Shown: piece by piece, positions 53,785-63,400 of the stretch
How positions within the stretch are numbered: the stretch's first letter is position 1
How the letters are laid out: each line of letters opens with the position of its first letter
DNA from: an uncultured Oscillospiraceae bacterium
GTDB taxonomy: Bacteria > Bacillota > Clostridia > Oscillospirales > Ruminococcaceae
Reading direction: 5' to 3'
Length of the DNA stretch: 64,000 bases
Assembly: GCA_910589145.1 (NCBI GenBank)
Contig: CAJUSD010000001.1
Coordinates: 144,184 to 208,183 of the forward strand
Program-made: the position numbers and the translations under genes
The notes under the pieces: generated by a model
What the model saw: only the letters and a program-made list of their open reading frames with translations
Told to the model about the DNA's origin: nothing
Databases searched by the model: none

Positions 53785-54735
53785 CTATTTTTCCACCGGC
53801 ACAGGGACAGCCGCCAAAATTCCCTGTAAGGCTTTCGGGGCAGCATCTGCGTCCCGGAGGGCAGAACCTCCGCGCACCAAAATCCTATGGGCCATAATAT
53901 ATGGGGCAATGTTTTTTACATCGTCAGGGGTAACGAAATCCCGTCCATCAAACGCCGCCCTGACCTGTGCGCCGCGCATCAAAGCCAATGCGCCGCGGGG
54001 ACTCAGTCCAAGCCGAACGCCTTCAAAGGTACGGCTGGCATGGGCAAGATCGATAATGTATCCTCTCACCGTATCCGAAACCCTGACCCCCTTGACAGCT
54101 TCACGGGCTTCAACAACCTCCTCCTTTGTGGCGGCAGGCTTCAGGGAATCCAGGGGATTTTCCTGTTGGAACCGTCCCAGCATGGCTTCTTCTGCTTCCT
54201 TGGAAGGATAGCCCATAGAGAGCTTCATAAAAAACCGGTCAAGCTGGGCTTCCGGCAGGGGGAAAGTACCCTGGGTTTCAATGGGGTTCTGGGTGGCGAT
54301 GACAAAAAAGGGACTCCCCAGCTGATAGGTAGAGCCGTCTACCGAAACCTGTGCCTCCTCCATACATTCCAGCAGACTGGACTGGGTACGGGGGGTGGTG
54401 CGGTTAATCTCATCTGCCAGCAGGATATTGGTAAACAGCGGGCCCTTGCGGAAGATAAAATCCCCCTCCTTCTGGCTGAAGAAGTTGACTCCTGTCAAAT
54501 CTGATGGCAGAAGGTCAGGGGTAAACTGGACGCGTGTAAAATCCGCTTCAATGGATTTGGCCAGGGCTTTTGCCAGGGTTGTTTTTCCGGTGCCGGGCAT
54601 ATCCTCCAGCAAAAGATGGCCAGAGGCAAACAAAGCTGTCAAAACCCGGTCTGTAACATCCTCCTTGCCGTTGACGACTTTTCCAATGTTGGCCTTTAAC
54701 CGATCCGCTAGATCCTTTACCTGAGAAATTTCCAT
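53785..54735 (-). CDS. MoxR family AAA+ ATPase
   Basis: 316 aa. Has Walker A DMPGTGKTTLAKA, Walker B ILLADEINR and VIATQNPIE. Confidence 0.9.
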   Translation of the reverse strand: MEISQVKDLADRLKANIGKVVNGKEDVTDRVLTALFASGHLLLEDMPGTGKTTLAKALAKSIEADFTRVQFTPDLLPSDLTGVNFFSQKEGDFIFRKGPLFTNILLADEINRTTPRTQSSLLECMEEAQVSVDGSTYQLGSPFFVIATQNPIETQGTFPLPEAQLDRFFMKLSMGYPSKEAEEAMLGRFQQENPLDSLKPAATKEEVVEAREAVKGVRVSDTVRGYIIDLAHASRTFEGVRLGLSPRGALALMRGAQVRAAFDGRDFVTPDDVKNIAPYIMAHRILVRGGSALRDADAAPKALQGILAAVPVPVEK

Positions 54736-54857
54736 GTTCCTTCTGTCCTTTCACAGCGGCTTTTCCGCCAAAAAAATTTCTTTTTTAAAAAAGATTTTAG
54801 TTTTATTATACACTATCATAATATATCTTTTTTCTAAAGTCAATCGAGGTACGAAAT

Positions 54858-54893
54858 AGAAAATAAAAAATGGCGCACAGCATGTGCGCCATT
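54858..54893 (-). terminator. Intrinsic terminator after the MCP gene
   Basis: aatggcgcac-agcat-gtgcgccatt, with ttttttatttt on the minus strand. Confidence 0.7.
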
Positions 54894-55031
54894 AAAATAC
54901 ATTTATCCAGAAAGCGTATTTTATATACGGTCAACGCCCCCGTTTTCTAGGACAGAGGGCTGATTTTTATTGACTTTATACAAAAAAAACTCTTTAACTT
55001 TTTCATCCAGCTCATTTAAAATTTCCGCCTC

Positions 55032-56723
55032 TCATACAAGCGCTTCATCTTTCAAGCGGAAGCGTCCAACGGAAGCTTTCAGCCGCTGCGCCTGATTGTT
55101 AAGCGTTTGGGAAGACATTGCAAATTTTTCCGCCATAGAAGCGTTTGTCTGCACTACAACTGAAATCTGCTCCATACCCTTGTTTAACTCTTCCAGGGAT
55201 TGGGACTGATTAGAAGAAGAAGCGGCAATATCCTCTATTAATTCCGCTGAATGCCGGGAAATATTCACGGCCTCTGTCAAAGCTTCGGTTGTTTCTGAGG
55301 TTAATTTAGTGCCTTCCTTCACCAATTTCAAGGTATTTTCAATCAAAGACGCTGTATTTTGTGCAGCTTCCCCACTTTTAGAAGCCAAGTTGCGCACTTC
55401 GTCTGCTACAACTGCAAATCCTTTCCCGGAAACCCCTGCCCGGGCTGCTTCCACAGATGCGTTTAAAGCCAGGATATTGGTTTGAAAAGCAATATCTTCA
55501 ATGGTCTTTATAATTCCGCCAATCTGATTGGAAGCATTAGAAATATTATCCATGGCTGTTGAAAGCATTTTCATTTTTTCATTGCTGAGTATGAGCTGTT
55601 GGGAAGCCTGTATAGAGTTGACATGAGCAGTCGATGCATCCTGTGCTATTGTTTTCACCTGTTCAGACATTTCCCGGCTGTTATCGGACAGCTCCTTAAT
55701 AGAAGCTGCCTGCTCGGTCGCTCCCTGTGTAAGCGTTTGAGAATCAGCGGACACTTCTTCCGCCTTTTCAGTCACATGCTCCGCCGCCATATTAATATCA
55801 ATCAATGCTGCATTAAGTGCATCTATAATCTGGCTCATAGCCTCCTGGATAGGACGAAACTCCCCCTGATAATTCCGGCCTATCTCCAGATTCATATTTC
55901 CGTTGGCCATTTGTGCAAGTTTCTCGTCAATATCCTTTATATATGTTTTAAGTTCCTCTTTTGTAACATGGATGGAATGGACTAATGTACCGATTTCAGA
56001 AGTATCGGATTCCATAGAGAAAGCCGCTGACAAGTTTCCGGTTGCGATTTCTCCCATTTGATCCCTAACCGCCACAAGCGGCGCTAAAATTCTCCTGCGA
56101 ATCACAAGAATGCTTTGGACTTGAATCAAAGCAACCAGAATTACAGTTATGAGAATAAGCAGGCGATAAAGGGAGGCCCACTGCGACAGTACATGTATTT
56201 CTTTGGCCGTCCGCGTATCCAGCGTATTCAAAAACTGCTCCCGCAGCGCTTTAATCTGTGCAATAGAATTTGTGTACTCCTCTCCGTAAACATATGCCAG
56301 CGCTCCGTCCCGGTCGCCTTCCCGCGCCCGAACCATGGCGTTTTCCTCCAGAGGAACCAGCTCGTTGGAAATGCCGGACATTTTGTTAATCATTTCTTGT
56401 TCGTCTTGGGTAATGCCGATTTCCTTCATCGCCGCAACGCCTTCATCACGGCTTTTTACATTGTTGACCTCGTTCCAGTAATTATTATAATGCTTTTCAT
56501 TGGCTGTAGCTGCATAAGCCCGAACCTCGTCCGTAAGGTATGTAGAACCGTTCATAAATTTGTTGGCATTGGATGTAAGGGCAAACCGGTCTTCATTCGC
56601 TTGGTCAATCTGTGCAGTGACTCGGCTGAACAGGATAATAGCAACTGCCATCAGAAACATTGCTAAAATGGATACTCCGCTCATGATAAAGGTTAGTGTA
56701 GACTGTTTAACTGCCTTTTTCAT
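55032..56723 (-). CDS. Methyl-accepting chemotaxis protein
   Basis: 563 aa. Has an N-terminal TM, a periplasmic sensor, a second TM and HAMP, and the conserved signalling hairpin AFQTNILALNASVEAARAG. Confidence 0.9.
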   Translation of the reverse strand: MKKAVKQSTLTFIMSGVSILAMFLMAVAIILFSRVTAQIDQANEDRFALTSNANKFMNGSTYLTDEVRAYAATANEKHYNNYWNEVNNVKSRDEGVAAMKEIGITQDEQEMINKMSGISNELVPLEENAMVRAREGDRDGALAYVYGEEYTNSIAQIKALREQFLNTLDTRTAKEIHVLSQWASLYRLLILITVILVALIQVQSILVIRRRILAPLVAVRDQMGEIATGNLSAAFSMESDTSEIGTLVHSIHVTKEELKTYIKDIDEKLAQMANGNMNLEIGRNYQGEFRPIQEAMSQIIDALNAALIDINMAAEHVTEKAEEVSADSQTLTQGATEQAASIKELSDNSREMSEQVKTIAQDASTAHVNSIQASQQLILSNEKMKMLSTAMDNISNASNQIGGIIKTIEDIAFQTNILALNASVEAARAGVSGKGFAVVADEVRNLASKSGEAAQNTASLIENTLKLVKEGTKLTSETTEALTEAVNISRHSAELIEDIAASSSNQSQSLEELNKGMEQISVVVQTNASMAEKFAMSSQTLNNQAQRLKASVGRFRLKDEALV

Positions 56724-56976
56724 TCTTTTCCCCCCAAAGATCTACTTTCTTCTATTCTATCAGATGTTGGGGAAAATTCAAGTATTGTTTCTATTTTTAT
56801 AGTTCTATTCTAGAAAAATATTTTATAAACATATTTTCCATAAAAAAGAATGTAATAGTTGATTATTTATAGTCAATAAACAGTATTTTTTACTATAATA
56901 ATCCGAGTAAGCTTTCAGAATTTTCCAGGTAAATTCTTTTTCAATCGTAAATTTTTCTTTTTTTCCAGAAAATGTG

Positions 56977-57005
56977 TTGTACCCACACCCCAAAACAACT
57001 ATAAT
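56977..57005 (+). promoter_or_regulatory. Sigma-70-type promoter upstream of the DUF368 gene
   Basis: TTGTAC, 17-nt spacer, TATAAT. Confidence 0.45.
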
Positions 57006-57066
57006 AAAAAGTATATGACAACTGACGGGGCTTCAAGCTCCCAACGAAAAAATCGGAGGAAAATAC

Positions 57067-57882
57067 ATGGAATTTTTAAAACGTGTTTTGTATGGCGCCA
57101 TTATTGGAGTGGCGAACATTGTCCCGGGAGTCAGCGGCGGTACCATGGCGGTTATCCTAGGGATTTATGACAAGCTGCTGGAAAGCATCTCTTTTAAAAA
57201 TCTAAAACAGAATATTCTATTTCTTCTGCCGATTGCTTTAGGCGGCGGTACAGGTATCCTTGCCTTGAGCAAAGCAATGAAATTTTTGATTTCCACCTAT
57301 CCTATTGCAACCAACTTTGCTTTTATGGGATTGATTTTAGGCAGTATTCCCATGATTTGGAAACGTGCGCGGAATCCAAAAGGGGAAACTTCCATTTCTC
57401 CTTCCAGCATCCTGTTTTTTGTTCTTGCTTTGGCCTTTATGCTGGTATTAGCCTTTTTGGAAAAGGGTTCTATTGAAAATGCAGTTCAAACACAGCTTAC
57501 GCCTGGACTTTGTATTCATCTGGGACTGGCATCTGTGGCAAGTGCTTTCGCTATGCTGCTCCCAGGAATCAGCGGTTCCTTTGTTATGCTTTTGCTGGGA
57601 TGCTATTCTACGGTTATTACTGCTATTTCCGATTTAAACATTATGCTGCTTCTGCCTGTAGCGGCGGGATGTGGGGTTGGACTGCTTTTAGGGGCTCTCC
57701 TGATTTCCAAATTGCTGAAAAAATTTCCTCAAGCTACCTATATGGCGATTCTGGGATTAATCGCTGGATCATTGGTTTCCATTTATCCCGGTTTTGTTTT
57801 AGGAGCAGAAGGAATTATCGCTGTTCTTTTGTTGGCAGCATTTGCCTTTATTTCCTGGTGGTTTTCCGTCCGGGAAGATTAA
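57067..57882 (+). CDS. DUF368 family membrane protein (PopT-type polyprenyl-phosphate transporter family)
   Basis: 271 aa. Has GVANIVPGVSGGTMAVILGIYD, with a second PGISGS repeat. Confidence 0.8.
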   Translation: MEFLKRVLYGAIIGVANIVPGVSGGTMAVILGIYDKLLESISFKNLKQNILFLLPIALGGGTGILALSKAMKFLISTYPIATNFAFMGLILGSIPMIWKRARNPKGETSISPSSILFFVLALAFMLVLAFLEKGSIENAVQTQLTPGLCIHLGLASVASAFAMLLPGISGSFVMLLLGCYSTVITAISDLNIMLLLPVAAGCGVGLLLGALLISKLLKKFPQATYMAILGLIAGSLVSIYPGFVLGAEGIIAVLLLAAFAFISWWFSVRED

Positions 57883-57905
57883 TTTCAAGATAGGACGGAT
57901 GAATT

Positions 57906-59312
57906 TTGGAGCGTAAATATAAAAAGCTCTTTTCCAATACCATTATCTTTTCCATTGGTACGTTCAGTTCAAAGATTCTGGTATTCCTTCTGGTGCCTTT
58001 TTATACTCATTTTCTCACTGATGCAGAATATGGAACCGTCGATCTGATTACCCAGACAGCCAATCTGCTGATCCCTCTGGTTTCCCTGGGGGTCGCCAGC
58101 GCTGTCCTGCGGTTTGGCCTGGACAAATCCTATAACAAAAAGGCTATCTTTACTACCGGCGTATCAGCTATTCTCACAGGTTTTCTCCTTTTCTTATGTT
58201 TTATTCCCTTAATGCTGCAAATAAAGATTATAAACCAATACACCCTTCTTCTATATATTTATGTTTTCGTTGGCTGTTTTCGCCTGCTCTGCACCGATTT
58301 TGTTCGGGCACTGTATGCCCGGCTGTATGCTTTTGACGGGGTACTCTGTACCATATTGGTTATATTGTTTAATATCTTATTTTTGATGGTTTTCAAAATG
58401 GGGATTACGGGGTATGTTCTGGCGACCATCTGTTCTGACCTCTGCTCAGTGCTCTTTTTGACTATGATTGCTGGGCTTCACCGTTTTGTCGATTTTTCAC
58501 GGGTGAAAGTAAATGTTATTTTCCCCATGCTGCGATATGCCCTTCCCCTGATTCCTGCTAATATTTTCTGGTGGGTTACCCATGTTTCCGACCGGTATAT
58601 GGTGACGTATATGATTGACGAAAGCGCCAATGGCATGTATGCCCTGGCCTACAAAATTCCCACCATGATTTCCATTGTTTCCACCATATTCATGGAAGCT
58701 TGGCAGCTTTCCGCCGTAGTGGAAAAAAATGATCCCAACCTTCCCAAATTCTTTACAGATGTTTTTTCCTCATTCCAGTCGCTGCTGTTTTTCGGAGGCT
58801 CCGGCTGTATCATGTTATGCAAAGTTATGATTTATCTCCTTTCCACAGGCAAACCCAACTTTTATATCGCCTGGAAATATGTCCCTATTCTTATTATGGC
58901 TACCTGTTTTTCCTGTTTTGTTACCTTTATTGGAACGGTTTATGTAGTGGAGAAAAAAAGCATCACATCTTTTTGGACGACTTTCCTTGGGGCTGTTTCC
59001 AATGTACTGCTGAATCTTTGGCTGGTGCCTTTGCTGGGAGTAAACGGGGCAGCGCTTGCTACCATGTTTTCATACATGATTGTATACATTGTTCGGGCAT
59101 TTTCCACGAAAAGAATTATCCCCATGAAATTTAAAGCTGGAAAAACTTTTTTAAATGTCCTTCTCCTAGGTGGACAATCCGCTGTTATGATCTTTGAAGT
59201 CCCATTTTGTTATCTGATTTCCAGTGTCATTTTCCTTGTGGTAACCGTAGTAAACCTTCGGGGATTGTTCCATACAGCCCTGCACCTTCTCCAGAAGCGA
59301 AAAGCACATTGA
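57906..59312 (+). CDS. Oligosaccharide flippase (Wzx/MOP superfamily polysaccharide biosynthesis protein)
   Basis: 468 aa, about 12-14 TM. The N-terminus is KKLFSNTIIFSIGTFSSKILVFLLVPFYT. Uses a TTG start per the ORF track. Confidence 0.75.
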   Translation: MERKYKKLFSNTIIFSIGTFSSKILVFLLVPFYTHFLTDAEYGTVDLITQTANLLIPLVSLGVASAVLRFGLDKSYNKKAIFTTGVSAILTGFLLFLCFIPLMLQIKIINQYTLLLYIYVFVGCFRLLCTDFVRALYARLYAFDGVLCTILVILFNILFLMVFKMGITGYVLATICSDLCSVLFLTMIAGLHRFVDFSRVKVNVIFPMLRYALPLIPANIFWWVTHVSDRYMVTYMIDESANGMYALAYKIPTMISIVSTIFMEAWQLSAVVEKNDPNLPKFFTDVFSSFQSLLFFGGSGCIMLCKVMIYLLSTGKPNFYIAWKYVPILIMATCFSCFVTFIGTVYVVEKKSITSFWTTFLGAVSNVLLNLWLVPLLGVNGAALATMFSYMIVYIVRAFSTKRIIPMKFKAGKTFLNVLLLGGQSAVMIFEVPFCYLISSVIFLVVTVVNLRGLFHTALHLLQKRKAH

Positions 59313-59334
59313 GAATTGTAAAAACAGATATGCA

Positions 59335-59530
59335 GGTACAACCTAAGATGAGTATTTCTCTATCCTAGGCAGATTAAAAAGGTTACAGCTCCAGGAGAGG
59401 ATGTGCAGCTATGCTGCACAAACTAAAAAGACTAGAAAAACACATCTTTAAAGAGGAAAAGAATGAATCAAAAAGCCCGCTTGCGGAAGTAAAATGCCAT
59501 AGCAGGCGGACAAGTTCAGGTTCTGTAAAA
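59335..59530. repeat. B-family diverged partial copy (B3)
   Basis: cctaagatgagtat...aggcagattaaaaaggtt and aaaaacacatctttaaag parallel B2 20257-20295 and 20383-20402, in the same orientation as B2. Confidence 0.5.
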
Positions 59531-59597
59531 TATTATGTGGAAAACAAAAGAGATTTTTAGCATAAAACCACATTAAAAATTTAAAGGAGGCAGTCGT

Positions 59598-60872
59598 ATG
59601 GGAAAGAATGGTAAATTCTTTATTCCCTGTTCCATACGTAGCATATCTGGATTTCTGGGACGGGTTTTGGGAACAGAACGTGTTTCCCAAACCTATTTGG
59701 AATTTATCAAAATGCACGCAGGGTATTTGCTCTTTACCAATATGAAAAGCCTTTTTGTCAATACGCTTTTAATCCGCATTACCGGCGATGATTCTATGGT
59801 AATGAAATTTAATCTGATGCAGTTTATTTGTATTCCCTTTGCCTATACAATAGGTTCTTTTTATATCCGCCGCCGTTCTCTCCCCAGAGCCGCAAGATGG
59901 GGAATGATTTTTTCAGCGTTGTTTTATGCTATATTCTTCTTGTCATTAAACCATTTAGCGCTGATGCTGCCTCTGCTCTCCATCGTTACAGCCATTTCCT
60001 TTGGTTTTTATACGCTGTCCAACCAATCAATGACAGTGGAATATTGCAGCGACGACAACCGGGAAGCCGCTATTTCCATCAGCGGAGTGGTATCCGGTGT
60101 AATCTCTATGTCAATGCCGATTGTCAATGGGGCGATTATCTCCGCCTTCCCAGGATTAAGCGGTTATTACTCGGTATTCGGGGTATCAATGATAATTGCT
60201 TTCTTTTCGATCCGTCAAACAAAAAAACTGCCAAATAACCATATTCCCGGCAAAATCAATTTTTGCGAAACAATCCGCGACGCGCTTCACAGCCGTCCTT
60301 TTATTTTAGCAGGGCTGGCTGAGACCTTTAAAGGCATTCGGGAGGGTGTTTTTACTTTTTTCTTGAATGTGCTATTATTTGAGTGTATTCAAAGTGAACT
60401 CCTGGTAGGGATTAACACCTTTTTAATTGGGATTTTTTCTATTTTTGGATGCTGGCTGTTGGGCAGGCTTGTACGCCCCTATAACCGTATCCAGTATATG
60501 TGTGCTGCTCTGATCAGCCTGCTTTGTGTTACCTGTGCGCTGCTGTTAAAACTGAATGCTTTTACTGTTATGCTGATGAGCGTATGCAATTCCTTTTTTA
60601 CCTGTTTTACGTTAAATCCAAGTTCCAGTATGCAGTTTTATGTTGTAAGCCAAATGCCGAAAAGCCAGGAACGGAAATCCGAGTATCTGGCGCTGAAGTC
60701 CTATTTTCTGGCTGCAGGGAGGGTTGCAGGCGTTGTGATTGTTTCCTCAATGCCGGAATCTGCTCAGGGAAGTGTACTTGGATTGCTGGCAATTACCCTG
60801 CTGCAATTTGGAACCCCCATTATGTATTATTTTGCTGTAAAGGAAGCCGCCCTCCTTCCCTCTCAGCAATAA
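59598..60872 (+). CDS. MFS transporter
   Basis: 424 aa, about 12 TM. RBS is aaaggagg 7 nt upstream. Confidence 0.7.
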   Translation: MGKNGKFFIPCSIRSISGFLGRVLGTERVSQTYLEFIKMHAGYLLFTNMKSLFVNTLLIRITGDDSMVMKFNLMQFICIPFAYTIGSFYIRRRSLPRAARWGMIFSALFYAIFFLSLNHLALMLPLLSIVTAISFGFYTLSNQSMTVEYCSDDNREAAISISGVVSGVISMSMPIVNGAIISAFPGLSGYYSVFGVSMIIAFFSIRQTKKLPNNHIPGKINFCETIRDALHSRPFILAGLAETFKGIREGVFTFFLNVLLFECIQSELLVGINTFLIGIFSIFGCWLLGRLVRPYNRIQYMCAALISLLCVTCALLLKLNAFTVMLMSVCNSFFTCFTLNPSSSMQFYVVSQMPKSQERKSEYLALKSYFLAAGRVAGVVIVSSMPESAQGSVLGLLAITLLQFGTPIMYYFAVKEAALLPSQQ

Positions 60873-60991
60873 AAGGCTGTTGGACGGAATGCCGCCGTAG
60901 TGTTCTAAAGCCGGAACCCTGGCTTTTACATTCTACTTAACCAGACAGTACTGTTCACGAATTAAATTTCTCAAAGAAAGGAGTTCCCAAC

Positions 60992-62254
60992 ATGGCTTTG
61001 CAAAATATATCCTTTCAGCTCAGTCCAAGGCTTCAGGCAATCGCTTCCCTTGTCCATCCTGGCGGAGTATTGGCAGATATTGGTTCCGACCATGGATATC
61101 TTGTAACATGGCTGGCCGCCCAGGGGATCATTGAAAAAGGTTTAGCCTGCGATATCAACACCAAACCATTAGAACATTCCCGTTCCACGGTTCTGCGCTG
61201 CGGGCTGGAAAATAAAGTTGATCTGCGTCTTTCCGACGGGTTAAAATGCCTTACACCAGGGGAATTCAGCCAATGTGTGATTGCAGGAATGGGCGGGGAT
61301 ACCATTTCAGAAATCCTTTCCGGCGTGTCCTGGAGCAGTAAGGAGCCTGTTCGTTATCTGCTCCAGCCGAATTCCAAAGAAGATCATTTACGCGAATGGC
61401 TGTATCATCACAGTTTTCAAATACAGGAGGAGCACGCGGTAAAAGACGGGAAATTTGTCTATCCAATACTTGTTGTGGAACCTGGCGAAATGCAGATTCC
61501 CATAGAGCAGCGCCCTCTTTTCTATGCGGTGGGAAAGATTGGTGAAAACAATATTATCAACCACCAGGAAAACGCCTATTTATTAAGGCGCAGAAAAGCT
61601 GTCCTGCTTCGCTTGGAAGGAAAAAAATCCTCCTTGTCCCAAACACCCCAACAGGAACTGAAAGTTTTGGAAAATATAGTTGAGGGGATCAACCGGCGGC
61701 TGCAAGGGCTGGAAGGAGAACACCTATACTTAGTTCGGGCAAACGAAGACATGCGGGACACAGCGGAAGAATACAAAGAGGAGCATCTTCAGTATGGGGA
61801 AACAGAGCTCCACGGTTCTGCCATGATGGATTCCCTGCCCTTTGACCTGTGGATCCGCCAAACTCTGGATAATGCATCTCCGGAAACCGTTCAGCCCAAC
61901 TGGGTGGCGGCATCTACTTTTTTTGCAGTTCGGAGGAAAGATGAACGGGTTGTAGGGATGTTAGATGTTCGACATCGGCTGAACGGCTTTCTTCAACAAT
62001 ATGGAGGACATATTGGGTACGGTGTTCGGCCATCAGAGCGGAAAAAAGGTTATGCTTCAGAGATGCTCCGGCTGGGGTTGAAATATTGCTGCCATCTTGG
62101 GATAAATCGGGTAATGGTATCCTGTTATCAGGACAATGAAGCCTCCAAAAAGGTTATTTTAAAATGCGGCGGAGTTTTGGAACGGGAATATCTGCATAGA
62201 GAAGGGAAAATAGTTCAGATATACTGGATTACTTTGCCGGATACCAATAAATAA
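60992..62254 (+). CDS. trmK: Fusion protein: tRNA (adenine22-N1)-methyltransferase TrmK domain plus C-terminal GNAT (COG3981-like) acetyltransferase domain
   Basis: The N-terminus has LADIGSDHGYL and IAGMGGDTI (TrmK). From about aa 243: LYLVRA...GHIGYGVRPSERKKGYASEML...CYQDNEASKKVILKCGG (GNAT). No stop separates them. Confidence 0.75.
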   Translation: MALQNISFQLSPRLQAIASLVHPGGVLADIGSDHGYLVTWLAAQGIIEKGLACDINTKPLEHSRSTVLRCGLENKVDLRLSDGLKCLTPGEFSQCVIAGMGGDTISEILSGVSWSSKEPVRYLLQPNSKEDHLREWLYHHSFQIQEEHAVKDGKFVYPILVVEPGEMQIPIEQRPLFYAVGKIGENNIINHQENAYLLRRRKAVLLRLEGKKSSLSQTPQQELKVLENIVEGINRRLQGLEGEHLYLVRANEDMRDTAEEYKEEHLQYGETELHGSAMMDSLPFDLWIRQTLDNASPETVQPNWVAASTFFAVRRKDERVVGMLDVRHRLNGFLQQYGGHIGYGVRPSERKKGYASEMLRLGLKYCCHLGINRVMVSCYQDNEASKKVILKCGGVLEREYLHREGKIVQIYWITLPDTNK

Positions 62255-62268
62255 AGGGAGAATATTTT

Positions 62269-63366
62269 ATGAAAATCAAGGAAATTGTACAATATATTGA
62301 TCATTTCGCGCCATTTTCAACTGCTATGTCTTATGATAACTGTGGCCTTCTCATAGGAAGCGGGGAAACAGAACCCACCGGCGTAATGGTTTCCCTTGAT
62401 GCTACAATGGACGCATTACGTCGTGCACTGGAAAACAACTGTAATGTTGTTGTAACCCATCATCCAATTATATTTAATCCTTTGAAGCGGATTCATGAAC
62501 AGTCTACTGTGTATCAGTATATTCGCCATGGCATATCTGTCATCAGCGCCCATACCAATTTGGATATGGCAAAAGGAGGCTTAAACGATTTTCTGGGAAA
62601 ACGTTTAGGATTAACTGGGATGTCAGGGATTGGGCTGATATCGAAACAGCCCTATAAAAAGATTTCTGTATTTGTACCGGAAGCATTTGCCGACACGGTT
62701 ATGAACGCTATGGCGGATGCTGGCGCCGGGGAGTATGCTGGATACTCCCGCTGTTTCTTTGCATCCGGTGGAAAAGGATATTATCAACCGGAAAATGGCT
62801 CCCATCCCTTCCGCGGCGAAACTGGGAAGCTTCATACAGAGCCGGAAATCCGCTTAGAAGCAATCTGTCATCCTGCTAAGGCGGATATGGTTATAAAGGC
62901 CATGCTCCAGACACATCCTTACGAACGCCCTGCTTATGATGTTATAGATGATTTTTCTTTAACTGACCTGGTTTATGAGGGACGTGCAGGGGTGCTTGCC
63001 ACTCCCCTGACCCCTGACGCATTAGCCGGACAGGTAAAGGAACGACTTGGACTGGATGCAGTAGGTTTGGTTTGCCGGGAAGGTTTGGAAGAAAGGCTCA
63101 TTACCAGAACCGCTGTATGTTCCGGGGCAGGCAGTTCCCTGCTTTACGACTGCGCAAAAGAAGGAGTAGAAGCCCTGGTAACATCAGAAATAAAGCATAA
63201 CATTGCCCAGGATGCACTGGAAATGGGGATCGTCATGGTGGATGCGGGACATTATGGGACAGAAATTATAGTGGTTCCCATGTTGGCGAAAAAACTGGAA
63301 CAGAGATTCCCAGAACTTCCTATCTTCCCCTTTGTGCAGCAGCCCGCCATACGTGCAATTTATTAA
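62269..63366 (+). CDS. Nif3-like dinuclear metal centre protein (with PII-like insert)
   Basis: 365 aa. Has YDNCGLLIG, VVVTHHPIIF, HTNLD and DAGHYGTE. Confidence 0.85.
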   Translation: MKIKEIVQYIDHFAPFSTAMSYDNCGLLIGSGETEPTGVMVSLDATMDALRRALENNCNVVVTHHPIIFNPLKRIHEQSTVYQYIRHGISVISAHTNLDMAKGGLNDFLGKRLGLTGMSGIGLISKQPYKKISVFVPEAFADTVMNAMADAGAGEYAGYSRCFFASGGKGYYQPENGSHPFRGETGKLHTEPEIRLEAICHPAKADMVIKAMLQTHPYERPAYDVIDDFSLTDLVYEGRAGVLATPLTPDALAGQVKERLGLDAVGLVCREGLEERLITRTAVCSGAGSSLLYDCAKEGVEALVTSEIKHNIAQDALEMGIVMVDAGHYGTEIIVVPMLAKKLEQRFPELPIFPFVQQPAIRAIY

Positions 63367-63400
63367 AACAAGATAAATTTGATAAATGAGGTGATATTTT

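Noticed and set aside
53772-53909. A 46-codon N-terminal extension of the DUF58 gene, overlapping the MoxR 3' end.
   Set aside because: ATG 53771 sits just after the MoxR stop with an aggagg RBS. The extension would overlap MoxR coding sequence by 125 nt.
53382-54504. Plus-strand ORFs of 171 aa and 205 aa (53382-53897, 53887-54504).
   Set aside because: They are antisense to the DUF58 and MoxR genes, low complexity, and have no translation signals.
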